64,000 nucleotides of DNA, from contig MCFE01000244.1 of the NCBI GenBank assembly GCA_002104905.1, positions 52,637-116,636 on the forward strand. The letters run 5' to 3'. This document shows, one piece after another, positions 12,759 through 27,000 of this stretch. The position numbers were made by a program, and so were the translations under genes. The notes below the pieces were generated by a model. That model did not search any database and was not told the DNA's origin. It was given only the letters and a program-made list of their open reading frames with translations. Position 1 is the stretch's first letter. Each line of letters begins with the position of its first letter. The DNA comes from Basidiobolus meristosporus CBS 931.73. Lineage: Eukaryota; Fungi; Basidiobolomycota.

Positions 12759-15671
12759 TTACATGGTGTTGGCGTGGATCGGATTGAAGGAGTGGATAAA
12801 GTTGGTCCGTGGTGGCGTTACTGTGCCTCCGCTCATCTCCGATGCTCGCTCCGCTTTCTTGATCCCCGATAGCTCATTCTCCAAGGCGATCAGGAAGTCG
12901 ACCTTGGACTTCTTGTCAGGATGCTGGAGAACGTACTTATTGGAGGTTTCGGGCGCGTACTTCTTCGTCAGCGTAGTCTTCTTCGCAGCTTCACTGATTC
13001 CTGATGGCGGGTGCTGCAATAGAGGCGAGCGTGCCAGTGGTGATGATGGGGAGTGGGCAGAGGGCGAGGAGGGGGCGTTTGGAGGGACGTTTGTATTGAT
13101 GGTAAGTTTGTCGGTTGGGCGAACGATGGAATCACTTCTCGTCTTTTCAGGGGGTGCGACAGGGTTCGATACAAAGATGATCGTCATATTCTCGCCATCT
13201 ACAACAGGAGTGGAAGTGTCAACAGACTGCTACGCATTGGATCATGCAGTTGGATGTTCTCCTACCTTTGCTATCGGGCACATTGAACATGATGATGTGT
13301 CGCAGATCGATCAATCGTATGAAGACCCACTTCTCAGTAGGCTTGAGTGGACGCCCTCGAGAGGGCATGGTGAACATTAGGAAATCCGAGTAAAGGACCA
13401 AGTGCATTTTACGGTTGGTACGTGTCTCCACCACATCCGTTTCAAGAGTAAACCGGCGATTAGCATTGATCATGGTGGGCTAAGAGGAGGCGTGTAAATG
13501 GAATGGTCCAGGGCTCTATATTGATACCAATACTCACCGGGCAGTTGCGGACCGCATTGAACACTGTAAAGAGCTGTGTTCGCTCCTCCTCTCGCTGCTT
13601 GACTGCGTTGACTTTGACGGCAAGTGCGGTCATGGACTCCAGGGCTTTCTCAACCTCAGGATAGTCGGGATGGCTAGGCTTCGTTTGCTTCTTCAGATCT
13701 ACAACACGAGTAAGAGATAAATCCTTATGAACACTACGTCAGCAGCGAATGCATGGCTTTACCCTTCAACAGCAGTGTATACCGAGTTACCCGCTGGATA
13801 GGAACAATCAGAAGCTCCTTGAGCGTCTGCCGCTTGGTGTCCTTTTTGCCAACGTTCTGCATGGATTCAAAAGGTATGTCAGTGAAATCGACAGCATGCT
13901 TGAAACCATGAAATTCCTGAAACCTTGATGAAGTTGTTGAATGAATGAGTTGCTTCAGCCCTCCGAATCGCCTCTCGAGCAAACGAATAGTTGTCCACGA
14001 AACGGGGGTAAATCTCCCAATCCTTCTGGCGCTTCAAGAACAGGTCACCGACCATGGTCTCTTTGCTCCAGTGATTCACCTTCTCCCTCAGCTCCTGGCA
14101 GATTTCCTGGCTAAGCGTGTAAAGGAGCTCGATTCCTTCGAAGATGATCTTCGTGTCGCGCGCAGAGATAACTGGGTTTGCGGTTTGGGAGGATTTTTGA
14201 ATTGGGATCATGAATGTCTGGGATGAATTGGACGTTAACAAGGGTCCCCTCAAACCATGTCTGCTGCCTACTTACATTGAGGATGATCTCCAGATTCTCC
14301 AGATAGTTCAACTCCGTGGTGAGTATCTCATCGGCAACATAAAAGCGGCCCTCGTTGAACACCGGTCGCACGTCAGACGCCTACGATTGGGTAAGAGCAG
14401 TTAGTCTCTAGCGTGCAAACTTGTCAGTTGGAAAGGGCTACCATACCAAAAGCTTGGACGCAGTAAACGTCTTGCTCTGAAAAAGTGGCTTAGTGATGTA
14501 GTTACAAACATATTCACCGCAATCTCCTTACCCCTGACAGGCGAGGTCGCCCTTGGTCCGAGCGGCTCATCGGATCCCAGTCTTTGATTGCGGCAAGATC
14601 CAGTGACGAGGAGTTTTTTCGGAGGGTGCGTGTCTCGAGAGGCTTGTCTGCCGTGCTACCAAGACTGTGAGCCCTTTTAAGATCCGAGTCAGTGACGTTC
14701 CCAGATTTAGTTGGCGCTAGGCTTCCAGGGAATCCGGTTGGTTTGAACCTGTTGCTCACTGTCTCCGTAGAGATAGGCCGAAGAATCTCCATGCTTCTGC
14801 TCTTTTCAAGAGTTTTACCGCCGCCGTAAACATGCCGGGTTGTCATTAGATGGCGTTTGGATAGGTCGTGGTCAAGTAAATCATCGTCGTAGTCGTATGG
14901 ATCTGGGCTATCACTGGAGTTGTCAAAACCGTCCTCAGAGATTGAGTGCTCCACGGCATCGGTGATGGATATGCTTGGTATTGATTTTGACGAGACTTCA
15001 GTTCCAAGAGAGACGGTTCGTCGGGTGGCAAATTCGTCCGATGCATGACACTGGCTTGGAGGGGCTTTGGCACCTATCTCTTCCAAGCTAGGGGGCTTAT
15101 AGCTTGAATCCAAGGTGTACGATCTTCTTCGGAATGGTGAACGAAATTTCTTGGTGTCTTTCTTGGGTTCAGCGCTTGGATTCGCCATAGGCTCGGAATG
15201 CATGACTTTCTTTGACTGACTATGTGCAGAATCAAAGAGATCATGAAACACACTCCAGCCGGATTTTTTCCATGTGTCTCCGTCCGTATGAGTAATGTGC
15301 TCACTCTCAACTGGCGAGGAAACGCTGTCGGTGGAGCTGTGGGGCTTTTTGGTTTTGAACAGCTGCAGGCCGCGAAAGCCATACTTGGGCTGGAAGGGAA
15401 GTGTTTTGGAGTGGGCGTTCGCCACTCTTTTGTGTGATATTTCTGGCTTCAACTTTTCGTGAAGGAACGAGTCCTTCGACAACAAGCAATCAGAGGCCTT
15501 TTTAATCACCTGTTTTTCGTAGCCTAGAAACGATTTGGAGCACTCTTCCAAGTAGGAAGTGAAAGACTTGTCTGTCTTGGTAGACAAGTCAGATTCGGTT
15601 TCTGGTGTGGAGTACACTGAAGACTGTGAGGAAGAGAACTGGGGGGTAAGCTGCACAGTGTTTTCACTCAT
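12759..15671 (-). CDS. Rho guanine-nucleotide exchange factor (DH-PH) with long disordered Ser-rich N-terminus; multi-exon
   Basis: DH motifs EILTTELNYLENL, IFEGIELL, VGDLFL, LKELLIVPIQRVTRYTLLLK and HPDY across spliced exons. PH-like exon RKMHLVLYSDFLMF. The start is uncertain (ATG 15671, or a small upstream exon). Confidence 0.9.
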
Positions 15672-18096
15672 CTCGACAAGGTTCTCGCTAGTCACTGCGA
15701 CGAAAATGATGTGGGGTAAATACGAAATGGCCCAATTGTAGTATGAAACAGAGCGCTTTCGTAAACAAAGGAACTAGAGAAGGGCCTGGTTTATGATGAG
15801 ATGCGGGCGTAGATGGGGATAGATGGGCTAAGAGACAAACGGACGTAGAAACAATGAGGGAGCACTATGGCAGGTGGGTTGGGAAGTTTAACAGCAATGG
15901 GAGTTTAGTGGAAATTTGGTGCATGAAGACGAGGAGAACAGCCCTCCTAGAGTTTCCAAGGAATATTGGTTATATATTCAAGGGGCGCTAATTTCCGGTA
16001 CAAAGGTTAAAGTTCGTAAGGAATCACCATAGGGTTAGATAAATGCAAGATCAAGAAAATGAATGTAGGACAACAAGGGCAGAAAAAAATGTGTAGGATA
16101 TTATCGGAATAGAGATGCTCTGAAAATACTGGAACTTAAAATTAAACTGGGGAACATGGAGGAGATAACAGAATCCAGAAATGGCAGTCAAAAGAAACAC
16201 CCTGGATTGGGAGATTAATCACCAAGCCATTCTGCCCACAGCCAACTGATGTGCCTTGTTTCTGGAGGTGGGTTGGGAAAGCGGACGGCCACCGTCAGAA
16301 GCGACAGGCTCGCTTGCATGGCTACCCACCGACCAATGTTGAGGCGAATCGGATGCGGCGTACTCTTGACAACCACTTCGGAGGCGCCATGTGTGCGCAA
16401 CAAACTTAGTTTGACAGTAACACATCATGAATTGCATTTGAGGCGGGCAAAAACGTTGGCACATTAATGCTACAGCGAATCAAGGGGCAGCAGGTTACAG
16501 ATCTGGTCAAGGTCCGACAGGCAGCGCATCCATTGAATAGGACCGATAAAGCAATCCATATATGTAACAAGTGATGCGATCGCAAATCAGATGCAAGCTG
16601 AAATCATAATTTCTCAGTTAATTAGTTTCAATTGTGAGAATTGGGCATACGAGATGCATCAATTTCATGAGCCCCTCTTTCCATAAGAGACTCGGGCCAA
16701 CGTTGTAGCGGCGGTTACCCGTGGAGACGGAGATCCATCGTTATATTACCTTCCATATGGATGAAATCCGCCTGCATGTCTAACCCGACAATAGCTATGC
16801 CGGGCCTTAGCTTCGGAGCAGCACCGCTCAGCCCTGGGAGCAGGCACGGTGGTCTCGGCCTCAGAGGTTGGTGTGGAGGCGAGAGGCGACACCCGTCATT
16901 TCGACATTCGCTACTATGCACTGAATGGCATTTGTGCACTCGATGCCCACACCTTAATTAGCTGGCTTGGATCTGGATACTCAATTAGTAATTTGGATCA
17001 CCCATCAATGAAGCACCAGGCATTCCCTGTGACTCAGTCCCACAAATCATTTAGCCTCAAAGAGGGCGATGTTCCCGGCATCATTGGCTGACGAGAATAT
17101 CCGCCAGGTGGGTTGGAATTTCCCCATTTATCCAAAACAACCCATCATAATGAGCTTAGTGGGGTTTAGGTAATCGGATCTCGTATATCCATGATTGAGA
17201 TTGCTGAGGTTTGTGCTTCCGGCTGGCAGTACCCATGCTCTGCCAACCACTCGAGGCCCTCCAGGCCCTGAGGCTTGCAGTCTTATCATTGCCTGGATAT
17301 GTGGCCATCTGCATCAGTCCACCCCTCCGCCGGATCGGCTCCCTCAGTAGCCACCGCTCGACCAGCTCCTCGACTGACGGCACTAACGATCAACGCGGAC
17401 TATAGGCCTCTTCTTCGTAAGCGTTGGAGCTCCCGGGGCTGTCGAATCCTCCCACACCACAGGTCATCTCTCACCGCACTTGCGCAGGTGGCGCCACGTG
17501 ATTGGCCGCAAGCAGTCCTGGTGAAATTCAGGAAAGCAGGCACTACGCCAAGCGTGCCCACCAGCTTGACGGCTACGGATCGCCATCTACTCGATGCCAT
17601 TCCATCCCGTGGTAGCTGCCTGTTGGCTTTCCGGTGATCCTTGCGACTCACATTGGTCTGCCAGCATCAGGCATGAGGTGCCGCTAGCTGCGCTCACTAC
17701 ACCCGGCTGCCGAAAACTACAACAATGCGTCTTCGCGCGATTTGTGCCTTGGCTGGCAGCTTGAAATGATCGAGGCTTCCTAGCTCAGCGAACATCGATT
17801 TCGTACAGGTCAATGGTGGATATCCAAATCAGCCATCTGATTGGTGCTCATGACGTAAATTGGTATAGTCATCGCTAGACGAGGTGATTAAATGAACTAC
17901 AGATGATGTAGATGCAGAAGATTGCTACTCCAATGATATACTTAAATTCCCGACGCTCGTTAATCATGCTTTCTTGTTTTAGTCTTGCTGTCATATAACT
18001 CTTTATCTGCCCACTCTCCCTGGATAGTTTTAGTGACTTGCCTCCACACCGCTTGCCCTCCCTTCTTTTCGATATCCAAGAACTTTGTCCACTGCA

Positions 18097-19187
18097 ATGA
18101 GAAATCCATTTCACTGTTTGCTGCTACTGCTGCTGATTCCGTTGATCCACGGAAGCCCGGCCTTTCGTCAGAAGCCCTTTGGCTCCAAGGAAGAGAGAGC
18201 CATCATTGAGGAGAATTTGAAAAATACACTTGTCACTCACGCACAGTACGCCTCGGCGAGCTATTGCCCCCGAGAAAAGGTGGAATCTTGGCTTTGTGGA
18301 AACAGATGCATAGGAGAGCTGAAATTAACTTCATATTTCACAGCCAAGGTGACTGGCATGGCGGGTTACGTAGGCATCGACGAGAAAAAGAAGAAAATCG
18401 TTGTTGCTTTACGAGGGTAAATTGCTTTAAAAGTATTATTCACCAGGCGGAAGCCGATCTTCGCTTAGGAAGAAGTACTCACTTGGGCGACCTTTTCTAG
18501 TTCCATGAATGTTGGCAACTGGTTCCAAAACCTGCAGTTTGCCCCGTTGAATTACGAATATCCGAATGCCAGCTCGGATACGCGAGTGTACTTCGGGTTC
18601 TACGGCGCTTTCAAAAGTGTGAGGGGCTACATTCGCGAAGGAATAGCCAAGGCCATCTCTTCTGTCGAGGATTGCTCGGAATTTGACACGGTGGTAACAG
18701 GCCATTCACTGGTTGGTGGATTTTATAGAAACTATTTCCCTCGACACGAAGAGGTTCTAAATGCATTGTTTAGGGCGGAGCAGTGGCTGTATTCACCGCA
18801 CTTGATATCAAGCGGAATTACGCAAAGGAGGGTGGGAACACTACAGCGCTTAAGCGCTTGAATACCGATCGATTGTATCTTCATACTTACGGAGAGCCAC
18901 GCGTCGGAAACGAAAAGTTTTCGCAGTTGGTATCTACCGTTCTTTATACGAAGCCAGACAGGGTCATAAGGGTGACCTCTGGAAACGACCCGGTGCCCCA
19001 GATACCGCTCGAGGTGATGATGTATCAGCATCATCCACACGAAGTTTGGATCGACACTGCTGGTAACGCTATCAGTTGCTTGGATCGCGAGGGTGAAGAT
19101 TCGAAGTGCAGCCATGGGCAATTGGTTTACGATCCAATTACCCACATGAAGTACTGGGATATTGAGTTTGGCCCAATGTGCAAATAA
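18097..19187 (+). CDS. Secreted class 3 (Rhizomucor-type) triacylglycerol lipase
   Basis: Signal peptide MRNPFHCLLLLLLIPLIHG; YASASYC; IVVALRG. Intron 18712-18773 joins GHSL|GGA (nucleophile). TYGEPRVGN, NDPVPQIP (Asp), YQHHPHEVWI, HMKYW (His). First intron ~18418-18500. Confidence 0.95.
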
Positions 19188-19562
19188 ACCTCTTGGTGAC
19201 ATGCTTTTTGCAAGGTAAGGCGAAGCGGCCCAGCAGTCTGACTGGAGTGTAAATTCAACTTATACAAGGCTCTCACGCCGAACGGGGCTTCCGACCCCAG
19301 GCCGGCTCCAGTACTCTATATCTTTAAAACCACGCCACCATCATAGTCTGTAGCTTTTGATCATAGCGAATGATTCAGTTGTAGTCTTTTTGAATGTACG
19401 ATTAATATAACGCCCCATGCTCCCATCACGAACGACATGAAGCAATGGATGCTGATAACGATATATGTTTGGATTCAGGCCGTGTCGAATATATATTTTA
19501 TTAAGGATCAATGAGCTCTAAGAATTATGCGAGTGTTCGGCGACATATTTTTCCGAACTCTC

Positions 19563-20360
19563 TTAGGCAGCAGTCAGAGCTTTGCAGGCCTGAGGGAGGC
19601 GACCGCGTGGTGACTCACTCTCGTATTTGGCGCAAATATCGCGGACAAAATCAGAGACTTCAAAGCCACCCGGGCAGTATTTCAGACCACCATCGTGAAT
19701 GCAGCGTAATTCGTGGTTAATATGCATGGTGCATGAAACCTTGATTCCTAAACTGTTACTATGGGCTAGGGTGCGACTGAATAAATGATTGCCAAGGCGA
19801 GAGTCGGCGCATTTGGCAATCAAGTTGCTGTTGTAGCCAAACTTCTTAGCACAACGCTCCAGATTTTCATTGGAGCCGTTTTGCTTGTAAGCCTCGTTTT
19901 GGCAATTGATGAAGTCAAGATATTGGTACTTGTCGTGGGATCGATGCTCGTAGAATTTGCGGGTGCAAAGTTGAATACGATTGCCACGGCACTACACATT
20001 CAAAAGCAACATTAGTCTTCGTGATCCAGACAAGGTCAACAACGCTGCATTGAACTCACCTCTGGCTCCCCATGCTTGCATGTAAATGTACCATTGGCGT
20101 TTTCGGTGCCGGTATAATTAATGTTGAAATCAACAATGTCTCCAACCTGATCAAGAACCTGGCTGAAGACAGCTTCGCATTTGACCGCATCTACAAACAA
20201 AACCATCAGAACCCAAGAAAGGGATGAGTCATGTACAAACTAGACGCAGACCTGGGCAAATGGACATAACATAGAGATCTACGGGCACCTTTTGATGCCA
20301 CCCATGGGCGAAGACGGCAGTCGCGGCAATGCAGGAGGACAGTACAGTCTTAAGAAGCAT
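19563..20360 (-). CDS. GILT-family (gamma-interferon-inducible lysosomal thiol reductase-like) secreted protein
   Basis: Spliced translation: signal peptide, VPVDLYVMSICP|DAVKCE..., CKHGSQE|CRGNRIQLC (GILT signature CxHGxxECxGN), SCTMHINHELRCIHDGGLKYCPGG. Confidence 0.9.
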
Positions 20361-21096
20361 GACGAATAGAGGCTGAGAATGCGGGATGCACGGGCTTCTA
20401 CTCCAGCGCTTGGGGCGTTTTATATACCCTTGCAGGCACAAAAAGTGGATAGGCCCTCCAAAATGTTGCACTAAAAACTCGCGTCAACCTACCCATGAAT
20501 CACTGCATCGCGGTTTCAGCAACACGGCCATCATTTTAACAACCGGCAACTTGGATAATGCTGGCCGTCATAACCTGAATATCCATTCATTTCTGGTTGC
20601 TCCACATGGTGTTTGAATAAGCCATTTTTCACTAGTATCGCATCATGTGTTCGGCGTCAATTCATTGGCTCCCTGGCTGGCAACCAGTAACCAAGTGATG
20701 GTTCCCGGCCGATGAAGTAATGGCTGAAGCGATTCATTCGCAGATACTCCCAGTGCTTGGTTACGAGCCCACCCAAAAGGTTACTGTGAAGCTAAAAAAC
20801 CGGTTCACCCTCAGTTCGGCCTACTTCGTCATCTCTCGACTGCTTTAATACCAAATATATCAAATATTCAGATTGAGGTTCTAGTCGTAAGCCTGTCCAA
20901 TCTGTTCTCAGCTGGTTGATACACATGAGCAGCTTGGAAATCCGTCTGTAATGACCATGTGCGAGTGCCAGGAATGTATCTGATGTACAGGTACCAGGAA
21001 TAAACTTAATGTGCAAGCACTGAGAAGAAGCTTTCTGTGTGAATTTTGGGAGTAAACTCAACATTTATTTATCGTTTGATTAGTTACGTGGATCAT

Positions 21097-24000
21097 TCAT
21101 TGTAGGTAATCAGCTATTTTGGCAACAGACGGCTCAAACATCAGTTGATGATGTTCGGCTTGTACAGTGTGGATGGAGATGTTGTTGGAGTATTCCGACC
21201 AACCATAGCAATTTTGTTGATCTCGAGCACTTGGGGTTGCTTTAATTAGCACCAACTTGGCGGACAGCTGCGTGATTGCAGGTCGATATTTTTGCAGCAG
21301 CTGGATATTCTTCTCGATCTTTTCTCGGATCATGTTGGATGCAGATTCGTCAAGCTGCCACTTGCCAGATCTTGAAATTAGATCAAGATACTTGTGTGAG
21401 AAATCATCACCAGCATAGATTTCTGTCCAAAGGCCATTGGCAGGAGCCAGTGTGTCAATAATGGTAAGCTGAGCCACGGCAAGGCCCTGAGCCTCTAGCT
21501 GGCGCACCATTTCGAAGGCTACCAAGCCTCCAAATGAATAGCCATGAATATAGTACGGCCCTTCAGCTTGAACTCGGCGGATTGCCGTTATGTATTTCGA
21601 GGCAATTGCCTCGATCGAATCAAAAGTACGATGAGTCCCGAGTGTAGGATCGCTAAAGGCGTAGAGAGTGCAGCGCATGTATCTGTGCAATGATTTAAAG
21701 TAACTGGCCATGCCTGTAGCACAATGTACAATGAACATTGTCTTGTCATTTGCCTCTGAGATTAAGCTCAGGCAATCCTCACTGAGTCTTTGTGGCTTTT
21801 TCTGCAGGCGCGCTACCTCATTTACTTCCTGCTGAGCAGGCTCTGAGCTACATGGAAGTTGTGAAATCATATCGCAAGGTAAGCTAGTGGTTAACTTTGA
21901 CATGGATATGATCGCCTCTACTAAGGCAACTTCCCAAGCTTCCAGCCAGCCCTGAATCTGCTCCTTAGAATACATAGATTCGCTGTATACTATGGTGGCC
22001 TCAAGTTGCTCCTCCACAAAGCTAGCCATACAGTTAAAGACCTGGTGTCGTCTCCATTTTGGAGTTACACCACACAAATCAAGATTGTATGCCGAGTCCG
22101 TTGGAAGAGGCTGCAGAAGCGTGCTGGAGTAGGCGGAGTTGATGGTGTTCGGCATGTATGCCAGGGTGACCTGTGGGGGGTCCTTTTCAAACAGAGGCAT
22201 GGTTTCTTCGTTCAGGTATTTTAAGAGGCCGTAGGTGGACTCATTTCCTCGAATCTGGCGGTGCTGAGTTATTACTTGTTGGACTACCTCCACGATAGGA
22301 TCGCCATCTTCAACCGCAACAACAATAGGATATAGATTAGTGAACCAACCTACAGTCCTTGATATATCAACATCTCCATTTTTAAATTGACGACCATGCG
22401 ACTCAAGAGTGACCGAAAGGGCGTTGCGCTCAAATGTCGAGCAATAGGAGTAGGCCAAGGAAGATACCAAGAGATCAACCACATCCCCACCGGGGGTTGA
22501 AATGCCATTTCTCTTTGCTAGCCTCGAGAAGCATGAGTTGAGTCTAAATGACAGCGAGCGTGTGGTGTCTTGAGTATTTTTAGATAACAATGCGGAATCT
22601 TGCGTTACTGGCCTGGCGACCTGTTGTTTTGGCCACGATGCCATGTTCAATGTTTGCGCGTGGTCGTGTAAAATCTGAGCCCATTGCATGTATGATATTG
22701 AACTGCTTCCACATTCGTTCCCTTGAAGCAGTGATTCAAGATCCTCCCAAATGGATCTCCAGGACAGTAGATCAATTACCATGTGATGAACCGTCATGAA
22801 AATCAACTGCTGATTGTCTGGCGTATCAAACAGGGCAAAATGAAATACTGGCCCAGATAGAAGGTCGATGGTACATTGAAGCTCTTTGATATATGACTTC
22901 AATTCATCTCCCGACTTGACTTGGAACCGATGTGTACTCAGTGCGGTTTGGCTCGGAGGAAGAACCCGTGCGCTCCAGCGGCCCTGTGAATGCTTGAAAC
23001 GAGTGCGGAGAATGTCGTGATTTTCGACCAGGGTGCGGATCGATGTAGTCAATGTTGTCAAGTTGATTGGGTCTCGGATTTGTAAGAGCCAGCTTTGGTT
23101 GAAGTGATTAATATTATCTTGATGAAACTCCAAGAACATATGCTGGTTCGGCGTAAGGTGAATGGGGCCTTCCATACACCGATCTTCTATAACAGACTGA
23201 GTAGCACTAACAAGTGCTATCTCGGCAAGTTCACCAAGAGTACTGTTCTGTAGCATATTCTGTACTGACACTTGCATATTTTGCTTTTTACACATCGAGG
23301 AAACGCGTATAGCAAGTATACTGTCTCCACCCAAGGCATGGAAAGTGTGATCGACATTAATATTGCTTTGAGGTATGCCAAGTACTTCCGACCATATTCT
23401 TTGAACTTGCGCTTCCATTGGGGTCATTAAATGACCCAAGGGATCGCTTTCCGTACAGGAAAGAGCTGGCGAGAGCTTACTCTTATGTTGCTCAAATAGT
23501 ATTGAGAGGAACTTTTTGTCGATCTTATCACAAGTATTTGACGGCATTAGGTTCAGCGGTATCCATATTTTGGGGAGCATATGAGTCGGGAGTCTAGATT
23601 TCAGCTCCTTCTTGATCTCTTCCATATCCTCGAATATTCTGGAGTCATCTTGATCTATGATAGATATATCTTCAGATCTGCTCGTAGCACTGTGAAAGGT
23701 TAGGAATGCAACCAGCGTCTGATGGTTTGTGCGAGTATCAGTGACTAACGGAAGGACACATGCTCTAGAGACATTCAAATGTGCATGCAATACATGCTCA
23801 ATCTCATCTAGCTCGATACGCAGCCCGTGGAGCTTGATCTGGTTGTCCTTCCTACCAACGAGGTCAACCGAGCCATCAGTGTTGAAGCGGGCCAAGTCAC
23901 CGGTGCGATACAATCGGTCACCGGGACTGAAAGGGTTGGGAACAAAGGCTTTTTCTGTGAGATCAGGTCGATTGAGATAGCCGCGAGCAAGCTGGGGGCC

Positions 24001-27000
24001 GCTTACACATAGCTCGCCGACCACACCCAGCGGGACTGGCTGGAGGCATGAGTCCAGAATATAGATCTTGTTGTTCCCTATCGGTTTTCCAACATTGCTG
24101 CAAGGTGTACTTTTGCTGATTGCGAGGTTAATCGAGACCGAAACCGCAGTCTCTGTTGGACCATAAATATTGCTAACTTTCGCATTTGGGGCCCAAACAT
24201 CTCGAACATATTCTGTTACGACCTCCCCGCCGATGAGCAGATTTCTCACCGAAGGGGTATTTAGCGGATGAATGGAGGAGGCAATTGTTGGCGTCATAAA
24301 TGCAGCAGTGACATTCATCAGGTTGATGTTCCCTTCCAAGTCTGAGAGAAGGTTGTCCCTCGAGGCTAGCGCGATACGGGCACCAGAAGCCAAAGAACAA
24401 TAAATTTCCATGACAGAAGCATCAAAAGTGTAATTGGCAAACTGTAAGACCGAGTCATCAGGGCAGAGTTGCCACAGCTGCGACATTGCGTGGATGAAGT
24501 TGTTTACAGCAGAGTGCTCCAGCATTACACCCTTTGGTTTCCCAGTAGATCCAGACGTGTAGAGCACATAACAGAGATTCGAAGGAGTCAGATCATCTAC
24601 TTGTGGGTTGTTCACTGGACTTTGCGCGATTAGTTCGACATCAGCATCAGCATCCAGTAGGATTAGTCGGTGGCCAGCAAAGGCGTGACGATAGGCTTCC
24701 ACTGTCACCAGCAGCTGAGCATCTGTCTCCTGCAATATATATTGATTCCGCTCAGCCGGGTTGTTTGGGTCTAGAGGAACATAGGCACCCCCGGCTTTGA
24801 GAATAGCAAGCATGGCCACAATCATGGAAACTGATTTGTCGAGGCAGATGGAAACTATTGACTCCGGACGTACTCCTAGACCGATCAAATGATGGGCCAG
24901 CTGGTTCGCTCTTATGTTGAGCTCGTGGTAAGTGACATATTCGGATGCCTCGAACTGTATCGCTATGTTGGTTGGATGCTGTATCGCAAGTTTTTCTAAA
25001 TGCTGGTGAATAAACGAATATGATGCATTGCTACCAGTGCTATTGCAGAGGGGAAAGAGACCTTTCCTTTCCAGATTAGTATCAAATGATTGGAGTTGCT
25101 TGAAATTGGAACAATCCACAAGCTCTTCGAAGATGTACTTGAAATCTGCGGCTATTAATTCACCGTAACATTTTGAGACGAGGTTTTCTCGAATGTCCAG
25201 TGAATATAACATACTATCATCATCTGAGTTGATGTTCAAAGTCAAAGAATACTAAATATTCGTTCAAAATGGTTACTAAACATAGTTCAAGGTATAGCTA
25301 TATATTAGAATATCTCGCGTTTACCTCAGTAGTTTCACTACCACCGGAAAGTAATAATTCGAGTGATTTCGTAGCTGTAGTGTCACCGATGTTCTTGTCC
25401 ATATTAACATTGAGTCTGAAGTTGATAATTGTATCGAACAGCGGGGAAATTCCTGCCCAGGATTGAATGTCACGCAAACTACTTTGCTGATATGGATATG
25501 CCAATTTGAAGTCATCGTGGACCAATTTCAACCACTCCATAACATTCTGTTGGCTGTCGCAGCGAATACGGCACGGAAGAGTATTGATGCATGGTCCCAC
25601 CATCGTCGAAACCCCTTCTAGCTCACTACCTCTACCGCTAACCATGTAGCCAAATACCACGTCCTCACTCTGGGTGTACATTCTTAACAGTATGGCCCAC
25701 GCAGCCTTGATAAGTGTGAATATTGTTACGCCTGTCTGCTTTGCAAATTGCGATATACGTTGGATGGGCAGATCAATGGCTCCAGGGATTCGGATCACTC
25801 CGCAGCCAGTGACTTCCGCTGCGCCAAGAGGCGGGAGAGGCATGGCATTCAGGTCAGAGAGGTGGCCCAGCCAGTACTGCTTCTCGCTGGCGAGATGGCC
25901 TGAGTCCACATTGTAGATGCTTGCAATGAAATTCGAGTACGGGTGTATCACTTGGCGCGGGAGGTTGTGGTAAACCGAGTGGACATCCTGCAGAACGATA
26001 TCCCAGGAAGTGGCATCAAGGATTGCGTGGTGCCAACTGATGATCAGGGTCCTTTCCCCAGTGTCGCATTCGATCAGGGCAAACCGAATATTTGGTTGGT
26101 TCAGGTCAAATCGATTTTCACGATCGTTGGCCAGATAGTCACTGATCATCCCCTCAAAAATATCCTTGTCGCAGTGTATATGCTTCCACTGGGGCGAGAA
26201 ATCACGCAATGCTACCTGGAAGAAGGTAAAGCTGCACTCGTCCATCAACGTGTCCTGGACGAAAACGGATCGAAGTATACTGTGGTCCCGAATGACAGTT
26301 TGCCAAGCACGGCGAAACTGCACCGAGTCAAATACCCCATCCAGGCTGAACCGTTGCTGCACATGATAGTAGCTAGTGTCTTTGAGCATCCCAGCAATGA
26401 GACCCTCCTGCAGTGGAGTGCATGGCAGGATATCATCGATTAGACTTGGGTCGATACCAGCCTCCGGGAGTGTCTTGTGATAAAGTGTTTCAAAGTGTTC
26501 CTCGGAGAGCCGCAGAATGGGAAAGTCGCTGCGTGTGTGCACGATAGTCGTCAGCTGTGAACAATGAGAGATCAAGTCGACAAGGGTTTGTTGCCAAAGG
26601 TGGAGCCAACGTGATATCGACTCCTCGGAGTGCAAGACAGGACTGTATGTTATCTCAGCCCGGAGACAGCTATTCTCCACACTTGCGCAAATGTCAAATA
26701 CATGATTCCGTTTCCACTGTCTACACACCTCCCCGAGTTCAAAGCCTTGTGGAAGCTCCACCTGCTGGAAGAAAGCGTTCTCATGTTCCAACTGCTGGAA
26801 GCGACCGACGTAGTTGAAAGCTATTTGGATCACGTCACTTGCGAACGGATTGTCCGACCCGGTGGTCAGATGACGAAGAAGGCCATAGAGCAATCCATTG
26901 CCTGGGATACTTCGCCTCAGGTCTTTGACGTACTTCAAGATCCTGGTCGGGTCATCACTCCTTGGAGCCGGTACTGAGAACGGATAGAGCGTTGTAAACC

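Noticed and set aside
12763-13380. 205-aa plus-strand ORF
   Set aside because: It is antisense to the final RhoGEF exons and has no recognisable motif.
16200-17800. GC-richer stretch with several overlapping short ORFs
   Set aside because: No recognisable protein or RNA motif on either strand.
19265-19315. Small GC hairpin (ggggcttccgacccc) as a tRNA or ncRNA
   Set aside because: No cloverleaf or box A/B motifs. No tRNA or rRNA was recognised anywhere in the window.
1-20360. O-methyltransferase, lipase and GILT as tailoring genes of the NRPS cluster
   Set aside because: They are interspersed with housekeeping genes (ERD1, CHS3, RhoGEF) and the NRPS has no evident need for them; no co-regulation evidence is available.
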